Positions 21,820-30,910 of a stretch of 51,150 nucleotides of DNA are shown here, piece by piece; the first letter of the stretch is position 1; every line of letters starts with the position of its first letter. Both the position numbers and the translations under genes were made by a program. The notes under the pieces are model-generated. The model was not told the origin of the DNA. It saw nothing but the letters and a program-made list of their open reading frames with translations, and searched no databases. The stretch is from Candidatus Nanopelagicaceae bacterium (GTDB taxonomy: Bacteria; Actinomycetota; Actinomycetes; Nanopelagicales; Nanopelagicaceae): the NCBI GenBank assembly GCA_044344975.1, contig JBIJBY010000001.1, forward strand, positions 1-51,150, written 5' to 3'.

Positions 21820-23237
21820 TAGAAAATCAACTCACACGCTTCGGTGAGAACTGAACGGAGGATTCCCTCAATCTCGTCGAAATGTGTTTGGTTGGCAATA
21901 AGCGGTGGTGCAAGTTGGATGACTGGGTCTCCCCGATCATCTGTCCGACAGTAGAGGCCAGAATCGTAAAGTTTCTTGGAGAGGAATCCACGCAGCAGCT
22001 TCTCGCTCTCATCAGCATTGAACGTCTCGCGAGTTGCGCGATCCTTCACCATCTCAATTCCATAGAAGAAGCCTGCGCCACGAACATCACCCACGATTGG
22101 TAAGTCATAAAGCTTCTCTAACGTTGCATAGAAGTTTCCTTCATTTGCCAACACATGCTCGTTAATTTTTTCTTTCTCGAAAATATCCAAATTGGCAAGC
22201 GCGACAGCTGCACCTACTGGATGTCCACCAAAGGTGAAACCATGAAGAAATGCATTGTTATCTTTTCGGAAAGGTTCATACAACTTATCGTTAGCAATCA
22301 TTGCGGCCATAGGGAAATATCCTGAGGTCATGCCCTTGCCACAGGTAATGATGTCAGGGGTAATTCCATAGAGGCGAGAGGCGAAGTAATCGCCAATTCG
22401 ACCAAAGCCAGTAATGGTCTCGTCGCAGACCATCATTACATCGTACTTATCGCAAATCTCGCGAACTCGCTCGAGGTATCCAGGTGGTGGCGGAAAGCAA
22501 CCGCCGGAGTTCTGCACTGGTTCAACAAAAACAGCGGCGACTGTATCTGCTCCTTCAAAATTGATCATCTCTTCGATTCGATTTGCAGCCCACTGCCCAA
22601 ACTCCATGTAATCATCGCGATGATTGAGAGGCGCGCGGTAAAAGTTGGTATTTGGAACTTTGAAATGGCCAGCAATGAGTGGTTCAAAATATTGCTTCGC
22701 CGCTGGTATTCCTGTGATGGATAAGGCGCCTTGGGTAGTGCCGTGGTAGGCAATGGAGCGGGATATCACTTTATGTTTGAGTGGCTTGCCCGTCATTTTG
22801 TAGTACTGCTTGATGAGCTTGATGGCGCTCTCAACGGATTCACCACCGGTGGCAGAGAAAAAGACGTGGTTGAGCCCCTTAGGCGTGAACGAGGTTAATC
22901 GCTCAGCAAGTTCAATTGCTGGGGGATTGGCATAGCCCCAAAGTGGAAAGAAGGAGAGTTGTCGCATCTGTTTTGCTGCAGCTTCGACCAACTCTTCTCT
23001 GCCATGCCCAATCTGCACAGTAAATAGTCCGGCAAGGCCATCAAAAATTTTCTTATCACGATCATCCCAAACGTAGACTCCTTCACCGCGCGTGATGACT
23101 GGAATCGAACCGCCCTGTTCGTAATTTCCCATTCGTGAAAAGGCGAGCCATAAATTCTCTTTCGCGCGATCCGACCAATTCTCGTGATGCTCATTGTCGT
23201 GATAAAGAACTACATCTGCTTCGCTTGTTGTTGCCAT
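21819..23237 (-). CDS. Class III PLP aminotransferase (putrescine/omega-amine transaminase-like)
   Basis: DGLAGL, GGESVE, AYHGTT, EPVQNSGG, DETITGFGR, GKGMTSGY, HGFTFGGHP. Confidence 0.9.
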   Translation of the reverse strand: MATTSEADVVLYHDNEHHENWSDRAKENLWLAFSRMGNYEQGGSIPVITRGEGVYVWDDRDKKIFDGLAGLFTVQIGHGREELVEAAAKQMRQLSFFPLWGYANPPAIELAERLTSFTPKGLNHVFFSATGGESVESAIKLIKQYYKMTGKPLKHKVISRSIAYHGTTQGALSITGIPAAKQYFEPLIAGHFKVPNTNFYRAPLNHRDDYMEFGQWAANRIEEMINFEGADTVAAVFVEPVQNSGGCFPPPPGYLERVREICDKYDVMMVCDETITGFGRIGDYFASRLYGITPDIITCGKGMTSGYFPMAAMIANDKLYEPFRKDNNAFLHGFTFGGHPVGAAVALANLDIFEKEKINEHVLANEGNFYATLEKLYDLPIVGDVRGAGFFYGIEMVKDRATRETFNADESEKLLRGFLSKKLYDSGLYCRTDDRGDPVIQLAPPLIANQTHFDEIEGILRSVLTEACELIF

Positions 23238-23240
23238 GAT

Positions 23241-23702
23241 TTATGTTCCCCAGTTGTATAGCTGTTTTTGTAGTTTGAGATATACGAAACTCTCTGTGCT
23301 TCGTACCGAAGGTATTGCTCGAATACGTTGGAGCAGCTCGAGCAGATGCTCATCATCATCACAGATTGCTTCGACGAGAATGTCGAAGTTTCCTGCTGTG
23401 ACAACGACGTAATCAACTTCCCGATACTTTCCGAGTTGATCTGCGACAGATGTAATGTCGCCTTCCACTCGAACTCCAACCATTGCCATGCGAAAAGAGC
23501 CGACAGTTAATGGGTCAGTCACTGCAACGATTTGGATGACTCCGGATTCGACCAATTTCTGGACTCGCTGCCGAACTGCAGCTTCCGAGAGACCGACCGC
23601 GGAACCAATTGCGGCATATGGTTTTCGACCATCTCCTTGGAGCTGTTCGATGATGGCCTTGGATGCCTCATCAAGGTGAACCGCCCTACTCTTCTGACGC
23701 AT
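23241..23702 (-). CDS. Lrp/AsnC family transcriptional regulator
   Basis: LQGDGRKPYAAIGSAVGLSEAAVRQRVQKL HTH and C-terminal RAM domain (TAGNFD). Confidence 0.93.
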   Translation of the reverse strand: MRQKSRAVHLDEASKAIIEQLQGDGRKPYAAIGSAVGLSEAAVRQRVQKLVESGVIQIVAVTDPLTVGSFRMAMVGVRVEGDITSVADQLGKYREVDYVVVTAGNFDILVEAICDDDEHLLELLQRIRAIPSVRSTESFVYLKLQKQLYNWGT

Positions 23703-23736
23703 GAACCCCACCCTCTCATGGATAAAGGGGGAATAG

Positions 23737-23813
23737 CAACTGAATTCGCAGTTTTTAGAGAGTTTGGCGACGATATTCGTAGTTTTTCTCCCCGAATACG
23801 AGCTATATCGCAG
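23737..23813. promoter_or_regulatory. Three phased Lrp/AsnC-type operator boxes (31-bp period)
   Basis: CAACTGAATTCGCAG (23737), CGACGATATTCGTAG (23768) and CGAGCTATATCGCAG (23799) in the divergent lrp/dehydrogenase spacer. Confidence 0.65.
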
Positions 23814-23880
23814 CGAAAGCTCGGCACCAGCGTCCACTTTCCTCTAGCCCTTGGTGGAGGCTGGAGCGTACGCTCTGCCC

Positions 23881-25308
23881 ATGAAAACTCTCACCAACTT
23901 CATTAATGGCAAGAGCGTTCCCGCTACCTCTGGAAAGACTCAAGAGCTCATCAATCCAGCTACTGGTGAGATTTTTGCGCATGCACCGGTCTCCAATAGC
24001 GCCGATGTCGATGCAGCGATGAACTCTGCAGCAGCAGCTTTCGAAGTGTGGCGTGACTCAACTCCAGGTGAGCGACAGCGAGCAATCAATAAAATCGCTG
24101 ATGCGATCGAAGCTCGTTCTGAAGAATTAATCCGCATCGAATCCGAGAACACCGGAAAACCAATCGCTATCACGCGACAAGAGGAGATTGGTCCGATGCT
24201 GGACCAAATTCGCTTCTTCGCGGGCGCCGCACGGAACCTTGAAGGTCGTTCCGCAGCAGAGTATATAAAAGGCCATACCTCTTTTATTCGCCGCGAACCA
24301 ATCGGTGTTTGCGCACAAGTGACGCCGTGGAATTACCCAATGATGATGGCGGTGTGGAAGTGGGCACCAGCAATCGCAGCAGGAAACACTGTTGTACTAA
24401 AGCCTAGCGACACTACTCCAGTCTCAACGATTTGGATGGCAGAGTTGATGCAAGAGTTTTTGCCAGAGGGCGTGATCAATGTGATTACCGGTGATCGCGA
24501 TACGGGACGATTATTAGTTGATCATGAAATTCCACAATTCGTCTCGATTACTGGCTCGGTTCGTGCGGGCATGGAAGTTGCAAGAGAAGCTTCTAAGGAC
24601 CTTAAGCGAGTGCATTTGGAACTTGGTGGCAAGGCACCAGTTGTTATCTTTGATGATGCAAACCTTGAAGCGGCGTGTGAATGGATAGCCGTTGCAGGTT
24701 ATTTCAACGCCGGACAAGATTGCACTGCGGCAACGCGCGTTATTGTCGAAGCGAGCGCATACAACGATGTGGTTGCCCTACTTACAGAGCAAGCCAAGAA
24801 CAACATCAAGGTTGGAATGCCTGACGAGGATGTGCTTGTCGGACCAGTTAACAACGCCAATCAACTCGCTAGAGTCCAAGGATTTTTAGATCGAGTTCCT
24901 GCACATGCACGAGTCACTGCAGGGGGCAGCCAGCTCAAGCGTCCAGGATATTTCTGGAGCCCGACGGTCGTAGCTGACCTCAAGCAAGACGACGAGATGA
25001 TCCAGAGCGAAATGTTCGCTCCCGTCATCACGATTCAGAAATTTACTGACGAGGCTGAAGCGGTTCGGATGGCCAATGGGGTTAAGTACGGCTTGGCATC
25101 AAGCGTGTGGACGAAGGACCATGGACGGGCCATGCGAATGGCCAAAGCCTTCGATTTCGGCTGCGTCTGGATTAACACCCATATTCCAATGGTGGCCGAG
25201 ATGCCGCATGGTGGCTTCAAGCACTCCGGGTATGGCAAAGACTTGTCGAGTTACGGTTTCGAGGATTACACCCGAATTAAGCATGTGATGACTAATCTAG
25301 AGGCCTAG
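23881..25308 (+). CDS. patD: Gamma-aminobutyraldehyde dehydrogenase (PatD/YdcW-like)
   Basis: RFFAGAAR, PWNYP, LKPS, LELGGKAP, FNAGQDCTAATR, EMPHGGFKHSGYGKDLS. TACGCT-6nt-ATG leaderless start. Confidence 0.88.
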   Translation: MKTLTNFINGKSVPATSGKTQELINPATGEIFAHAPVSNSADVDAAMNSAAAAFEVWRDSTPGERQRAINKIADAIEARSEELIRIESENTGKPIAITRQEEIGPMLDQIRFFAGAARNLEGRSAAEYIKGHTSFIRREPIGVCAQVTPWNYPMMMAVWKWAPAIAAGNTVVLKPSDTTPVSTIWMAELMQEFLPEGVINVITGDRDTGRLLVDHEIPQFVSITGSVRAGMEVAREASKDLKRVHLELGGKAPVVIFDDANLEAACEWIAVAGYFNAGQDCTAATRVIVEASAYNDVVALLTEQAKNNIKVGMPDEDVLVGPVNNANQLARVQGFLDRVPAHARVTAGGSQLKRPGYFWSPTVVADLKQDDEMIQSEMFAPVITIQKFTDEAEAVRMANGVKYGLASSVWTKDHGRAMRMAKAFDFGCVWINTHIPMVAEMPHGGFKHSGYGKDLSSYGFEDYTRIKHVMTNLEA

Positions 25309-25361
25309 CACGAGCAATTATCACTCAACCCCAACCCTGACCCGAACAAAAGGAGAACGGA

Positions 25362-26555
25362 ATGAACGAGAAGCTTTCGCCAGAGACTAGAGCGTTAATT
25401 CGAGCTCAACTTACTCGTCGTCGTTTTCTAGCTGGCGCAGGTGCCGTTGGTGCGACTGCCGTGCTTGCAGCATGCAGCAGTTCGGATAAAGAGAGCGGAA
25501 GTGCAAGTGAGAGCGCTGCAACAGAATCATCAGGAACAGTTCGTTGGGCTAACTGGCCAGAGTATTTAGATTATGACGAGAATTCTCAGAAGTACCCATC
25601 CCTTGAGACCTTTATTGCGGCATCAGGAATTAACGTTGTTTATAAAGAGGAAGTGAATGACAACGATGAGTTCTACGGGAAGGTTCAAGTAAAACTCGAG
25701 CAAGGAAAAGATATTGGTTGGGACATTGTTACGTTGACTGACTGGATGGCTGGTCGCTGGATTCGACTTGGGTATGCGCAAACCTTTGATGATGGCGCAA
25801 TTCCCAACAAGGAGAACATCCTCGCTGGACTTGCAAATGTTGGCTTTGATCCCGGGCGGAAGAGTTCATTAACGTGGCAGTCAGGTTTCGCTGGTTTTGG
25901 TTGGAATAAAGAGGTGATTCCAGGAGGCATCAAGAGCCTCGATCAGCTCTTCGATAAGAAATATAAAGGACGTATCGAAGTGTTGAGCGAAATGCGTGAC
26001 ACGATGGGAATTATTTTGCAGTATCAAGGCGTAGATATTTCACAACCTTTTACTGAAGATCAATTTATGAACGCAGTGGATTTCCTTGAAAAGCAGGTTG
26101 CAGACGGAATCATTCGCCAGGTCAAGGGCAATGATTACCTCGATGATATGGAGAGCGGTGATGCGATCGCGGTCATTGGCTGGTCCGGTGATATTTTTGC
26201 GCTCGCAAATGATAATGATGGAAAATTTGAATTTGCGATACCTGAATCAGGTGGAACGCTCTGGTCAGATAATGTGCTGATTCCATCGACCTCAACGAAT
26301 AAGAAAAATTCACAGACGGTCATCAATAACTATTACGATCCAGCAGTGGCTGCTCAGGTGGCTGCTTGGGTTAACTACATCTGCCCAGTTCAAGGTGCGC
26401 GCGAAGAGATGGAAAAAATTGATCCAGAGTTGGTCAATAACCCATTTATCTTCCCTGATGATGCGACCTTGGCAAAGGTTAAAGTCTTCCGCTCGCTATC
26501 GCCCGAGGAAGAGACAACATTCAGCGAGGCATTTGCTGCAGCTTCAGGCAATTAA
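25362..26555 (+). CDS. Polyamine ABC transporter substrate-binding lipoprotein (PotD/PotF-like, Tat signal)
   Basis: TRRRFL Tat motif plus LAAC lipobox; NWPEYLD, WSGD, WSDN, AAWVNY. Confidence 0.9.
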   Translation: MNEKLSPETRALIRAQLTRRRFLAGAGAVGATAVLAACSSSDKESGSASESAATESSGTVRWANWPEYLDYDENSQKYPSLETFIAASGINVVYKEEVNDNDEFYGKVQVKLEQGKDIGWDIVTLTDWMAGRWIRLGYAQTFDDGAIPNKENILAGLANVGFDPGRKSSLTWQSGFAGFGWNKEVIPGGIKSLDQLFDKKYKGRIEVLSEMRDTMGIILQYQGVDISQPFTEDQFMNAVDFLEKQVADGIIRQVKGNDYLDDMESGDAIAVIGWSGDIFALANDNDGKFEFAIPESGGTLWSDNVLIPSTSTNKKNSQTVINNYYDPAVAAQVAAWVNYICPVQGAREEMEKIDPELVNNPFIFPDDATLAKVKVFRSLSPEEETTFSEAFAAASGN

Positions 26556-26557
26556 CG

Positions 26558-27658
26558 ATGGTGGATTTCGCCGCTTCTGCTTCTGGTGATTTGCAATTAC
26601 GCAATCTCAGGAAAGAATTTGGCGATTTTGTTGCAGTTGATGACTTGACCCTCACCATTCCTAAAGGCTCCTTCTTTGCATTGCTGGGGCCATCAGGATG
26701 TGGCAAAACCACTACTTTGCGGATGATAGCCGGCCTTGAGGAGCCAACTTCGGGCAGTATTTCAGTTGGTGATACCGAAATCACTCACACTAAATCCTAC
26801 AAAAGGCCAGTCAACACAGTTTTTCAAAACTATGCGCTCTTTCCACACTTAACTATTTTTGAAAATGTCGCATTCGGCTTGCGTCGTCGCGGTATTAAGG
26901 ATGTCAAGGAAGCCGTCGAAAAGGTCTTGGCTCTAGTGGAGCTGGGACATCTCAAAGAGCGCAAGCCAGGGCAACTCTCTGGTGGACAGCAACAGAGAAT
27001 TGCTGTTGCCCGCGCGATAGTCAATCGCCCGGCGCTCTTATTACTCGATGAACCGCTCGGCGCTCTTGATCTTAAATTGCGCCGCCAAATGCAGATTGAA
27101 CTTAAGTGGATTCAAACCGAAGTTGGTATCACTTTCGTACACGTGACTCATGACCAAGAAGAAGCGATGACGATGGCAGACACCATTGCTGTTATGAACA
27201 AGGGGAAGATTGAGCAGATGGGCTCTCCCGTTGATCTCTATGAAAATCCAGAGACAGTTTTCGTGGCAAACTTTCTCGGTCAATCAAATCTTATTGAGGC
27301 TGAAGTCCAATCCAATAGCGGAGCTGAGACATCGGTCTCAATCCACGGAACGTCGATAATTCTTCCCTCTTCTCGCAATAAATCAGCAAAGAACAAAGTA
27401 TTGGTTGGCATCCGCCCTGAAAAAATTAATATTCAACCTACAGGTGCGAGCGCAGGTAAGAATCTGTTGACTGATGGAATTGTCACTGATATTTCATTTG
27501 TAGGCGTGAGCACCCAATACCAAGTTGAAATGCCTTGGAAGCAAGAGCTAATGGTCTTCGAGCAGAACGACGGTGGCGCTCCAAATATTAGAAAGGGCGA
27601 TCGGGTTGCGCTCTCATGGGAGCCAAGTTTCACCTTTGCGCTTGATAGCGAGTCTTAG
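26558..27658 (+). CDS. potA: Polyamine ABC transporter ATP-binding protein (PotA-like)
   Basis: GPSGCGKTT, VFQNYALFPH, LSGGQQQR, LLDEPLGALDLKLR, TOBE domain. Confidence 0.9.
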   Translation: MVDFAASASGDLQLRNLRKEFGDFVAVDDLTLTIPKGSFFALLGPSGCGKTTTLRMIAGLEEPTSGSISVGDTEITHTKSYKRPVNTVFQNYALFPHLTIFENVAFGLRRRGIKDVKEAVEKVLALVELGHLKERKPGQLSGGQQQRIAVARAIVNRPALLLLDEPLGALDLKLRRQMQIELKWIQTEVGITFVHVTHDQEEAMTMADTIAVMNKGKIEQMGSPVDLYENPETVFVANFLGQSNLIEAEVQSNSGAETSVSIHGTSIILPSSRNKSAKNKVLVGIRPEKINIQPTGASAGKNLLTDGIVTDISFVGVSTQYQVEMPWKQELMVFEQNDGGAPNIRKGDRVALSWEPSFTFALDSES

Positions 27659-28558
27659 ATGGCGATAGCGCACGTTTCACCTGGCACCAGTACCCATGTG
27701 AACCCAACGCGCACCGGCAGAAAAATTCCTTACCTGCTCATGTTGCCGGGATTACTTTGGCTCGCAGTTTTTTTCATTTATCCGCTGATTAATTTGGCAG
27801 AAACTTCCACCAAAACACGTGCCGAGTCTCAAGAGACTGGTGCATTTGTTCAAACGTATCGATTTGCTAATTACTTAGATGCCTTTGTTGAATACCAAGA
27901 TCAATTTATTCGCTCCTTTACCTATGCATTGATGGCGACACTTCTGGCGCTAGCCATCTCCTACCCATTGGCATATGCGATTGCCTTCAAGGCTGGTCGC
28001 TATAAGAACATTCTTTTGATTCTCGTAATTGCGCCATTTTTCACCTCTTTTCTTCTTCGGACCATTGCCTGGAAACAAATTCTTGGCGCTGAAGGTCCTG
28101 TTATTTACCTCCTCCGCTCGCTGCACCTAATAGGTCCAGATACGACGATTACAGCATCATCTTTTGCCGTCGTAATGGGGTTGACCTACAACTTCTTGCC
28201 CTTTATGACGCTGCCAATTTATGCGAGTTTGGATCGGATCGATCCTCGATTGCTCGAGGCTTCCGGGGATTTGTATTCAAACGGGCTAACAACTTTTCGC
28301 AAGGTAACTGTGCCACTTTCTATGCCTGGTGTAGTGGCGGGAACGTTACTAACGTTTATTCCAGCAGCCGGGGATTACATCAATGCTGCAATTTTGGGAA
28401 ATCCAACGACAAAAATGATTGGGAATGTTATCGACTCTCGCTTCTTCAGAATCGTGGATTATCCAACTGCGGCCTCGCTCTCATTCACTTTGATGGCAGC
28501 AATTTTGCTCATGGTCGTCATTTACATTCGCCGCTCTGGAACAGATGAGTTGGTGTGA
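27659..28558 (+). CDS. Polyamine ABC transporter permease (PotB-like)
   Basis: ISYPLAY, PFFTSFLLR, EAA loop LLEASGDL. Confidence 0.9.
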   Translation: MAIAHVSPGTSTHVNPTRTGRKIPYLLMLPGLLWLAVFFIYPLINLAETSTKTRAESQETGAFVQTYRFANYLDAFVEYQDQFIRSFTYALMATLLALAISYPLAYAIAFKAGRYKNILLILVIAPFFTSFLLRTIAWKQILGAEGPVIYLLRSLHLIGPDTTITASSFAVVMGLTYNFLPFMTLPIYASLDRIDPRLLEASGDLYSNGLTTFRKVTVPLSMPGVVAGTLLTFIPAAGDYINAAILGNPTTKMIGNVIDSRFFRIVDYPTAASLSFTLMAAILLMVVIYIRRSGTDELV

Positions 28559-29355
28559 TCAAGATGAGTAGATGGTTTTCGCGTAACTTAATCCGAATTT
28601 ATGCAGGCTTGGCGCTAATTTATCTTTTTATTCCAGTTGGCTACACCATGGCCTTTTCCTTTAATGACGCGGGCAAGCGAAATATTAATTGGCAAGGATT
28701 TACTCTCGACAATTGGAAGAACCCCTGTGGCGCTCCAGATATCTGCGTTGCCCTTGGCAATTCTCTAAAAATTGGTTTCCTCTCAACATTAGTTGCCACA
28801 ATCTTGGGAACAATGATTGCGTTTGCCCTAGGTCGATATAAATTTCGAGGTAGAAGTGCGACCAATCTCTTAATTTTCTTACCGATGGCTACACCTGAAA
28901 TTGTCATGGGAGCCTCGCTCCTTGCAATGTTTGTCAATATGAATGTGAATACGGGTTTCTGGACCACTGTCATCGCACACATCATGTTCTGTATCTCCTT
29001 CGTTGTTGTCACAGTCAAGGCGCGCGTTGCAAGTCTTGACCCCAAACTTGAAGAGGCGGCGCGCGATCTTTACGCCAATGAATTTGAAACTTTTAGAAGA
29101 GTAACTTTTCCTCTGGTTCTTCCGGGAATTGCGGCAGCTGCACTTCTTGCCTTCTCGCTCTCTTTTGATGATTTCATCATTACCAATTTCAACTCTGGGA
29201 CGATTACCACCTTTCCTAAATTTGTCTGGATTTCCTCCATTAGGGGGGTTCCTGCTCAGGCGAATGTCATTGGTACGGCAATGTTCTTGATAGCGCTAGC
29301 AATAGTTGTCGTGGCTCAGGTGGTTGGAAATGCCAAAGCGAGAAAAAACCGATAA
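28555..29355 (+). CDS. Polyamine ABC transporter permease (PotC-like)
   Basis: FSFN, TPEIVMG, LEEAARDL, FSLSFDDF; GTGA overlap with the previous gene. Confidence 0.9.
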   Translation: MIKMSRWFSRNLIRIYAGLALIYLFIPVGYTMAFSFNDAGKRNINWQGFTLDNWKNPCGAPDICVALGNSLKIGFLSTLVATILGTMIAFALGRYKFRGRSATNLLIFLPMATPEIVMGASLLAMFVNMNVNTGFWTTVIAHIMFCISFVVVTVKARVASLDPKLEEAARDLYANEFETFRRVTFPLVLPGIAAAALLAFSLSFDDFIITNFNSGTITTFPKFVWISSIRGVPAQANVIGTAMFLIALAIVVVAQVVGNAKARKNR

Positions 29356-29368
29356 AGTCTGAGCTAAG

Positions 29369-29497
29369 CCATTACGAAGAACCAACTGAGACTGGTTGGG
29401 GTAATGGGGTAGGACTCCGGAGGACCCGGGCCCGCTGTAAGTAGAAGTTAAGGGGTGAATCCGGCTTGTAGCCGGATATTTCGATGGCCACCATCGA
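29369..29497 (+). promoter_or_regulatory. Highly structured intergenic leader, candidate cis-regulatory RNA
   Basis: Four hairpins: 29369-29407, 29417-29429, 29459-29477 and 29481-29497. The last one contains the ATG. Confidence 0.5.
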
Positions 29498-30896
29498 CCC
29501 ACGAATCGTTCGCCACCTCAAAGATGCTCAGCCAGATTTATATTGGCTCGATGCCGATCCACTAGAACCAAGCGCACACTCTGCGTTATTTGGCGAGGTC
29601 CACGCAGATTTAGCAATCGTCGGCGCGGGGTATACCGGACTATGGACAGCGCTCCTGGCAAAAGAGAAACATCCAGAGTGGCGTGTGATCATCATTGAAA
29701 TGCGCGAAACTGGCGCGGGCGCATCAGGTCGAAATGGTGGTTTCTGTAACTATTCACTTACTCATGGATGGACAAACGGCAAGCGACGTTTTCCTGATGA
29801 GATGGAAGTGATTTCACGTTTAGGTCGCGAGAATCTAGAAGCAATTGAAGAGACGATTAAGCGCTACAACATCCAATGTAATTGGGAGTGGACTGGCGAG
29901 TTGCGCGTTGCAATCGAACCTTGGCAGTTAGAGGGAATGCGCGAGGAAGCCGATGAGCGCAACCGCATTGGTGATGACGTTGAATTTCTCGATAAAGCGG
30001 CGGTTCAAGAGCGCGTGCATTCTCCAATCTATGAAGGTGGCTTATTTGATCACGATGGAACGGCGCTCGTTGATCCTGCCCGTTTGGTCTGGGGATTAGA
30101 GAAAGCCTGCCTTGCCCTCGGTGTGCAGATCTTTGAAAATTCACAGGTGCAATGGTTAGAGAACGTTGAAGATGGAGTTCTGTTACATACCGCGTATGGT
30201 TTTGCTAAAGCGCCTAGAGTTGCCTTAGCAACAAACGTTTTCCCATCGCTTCAAAAGAAGTTAAAGAATTATGTCGTTCCGGTATATGACTATCAAATTG
30301 TGACTGAACCACTTTCAAAAGAGCAATTGCAAAGTATTGGTTGGTCTGAGCGCGAAGGAATTTCAGATTCGGGCCATCAATTCCATTACTACCGATTGAC
30401 TGATGACAATTGTATTGTTTGGGGTGGCTGGGATGCGATTTACAATTTTCGTGGTCGAGTTGCACGCGAATATGAATTCCGACCAGAAACATACGTGAAG
30501 TTAGTCGATCATTTCTTAAAGACCTTCCCACAACTCGAAGGAATCAAATTTACTCATGCATGGGGTGGAGCGATCGATACCTGTACACGCTTCTCACCAT
30601 TTTGGAACTTATCGAAAGATGGTCGTGTAGTGAGTGTTCTTGGCTATACCGGCCTTGGCGTTGCTGCAACGAGATTCGGCGCGCAAGTGATGCTTGATTT
30701 ATTGGATGGTGAGGATAACGAGCGAACTCGACTTGAGATGGTTCGACGGAAGCCGCTGCCATTCCCGCCTGAGCCTTTCCGATTCTTCTTCATTCAGATA
30801 ACACGCTGGTCTATTAATCGCGCTGATGAAAATGGCGGTAAACGAAATATTTGGCTACGTACGCTTGATCGCCTTGGGCTCGGATTCGATTCGTAA
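29484..30896 (+). CDS. FAD-dependent oxidoreductase, PuuB/OrdL family (polyamine oxidase-like)
   Basis: IVGAGYTGLWTA, GASGRNGG, VDPARL, HAWGGAID, GYTGLGV, PFPPEP, LGLGFDS. Confidence 0.9.
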   Translation: MATIDPRIVRHLKDAQPDLYWLDADPLEPSAHSALFGEVHADLAIVGAGYTGLWTALLAKEKHPEWRVIIIEMRETGAGASGRNGGFCNYSLTHGWTNGKRRFPDEMEVISRLGRENLEAIEETIKRYNIQCNWEWTGELRVAIEPWQLEGMREEADERNRIGDDVEFLDKAAVQERVHSPIYEGGLFDHDGTALVDPARLVWGLEKACLALGVQIFENSQVQWLENVEDGVLLHTAYGFAKAPRVALATNVFPSLQKKLKNYVVPVYDYQIVTEPLSKEQLQSIGWSEREGISDSGHQFHYYRLTDDNCIVWGGWDAIYNFRGRVAREYEFRPETYVKLVDHFLKTFPQLEGIKFTHAWGGAIDTCTRFSPFWNLSKDGRVVSVLGYTGLGVAATRFGAQVMLDLLDGEDNERTRLEMVRRKPLPFPPEPFRFFFIQITRWSINRADENGGKRNIWLRTLDRLGLGFDS

Positions 30897-30910
30897 GTTA
30901 CCCTTCTCGT

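Noticed and set aside
29405-29480. Calling the leader a bona fide c-di-AMP or guanidine riboswitch
   Set aside because: Only short 5'-half similarity to ydaO (GGAGGACCC, GGGGTGAAT). The 3' conserved half and the guanidine-II ACGR loops are not found, so it is reported only as a candidate novel element.
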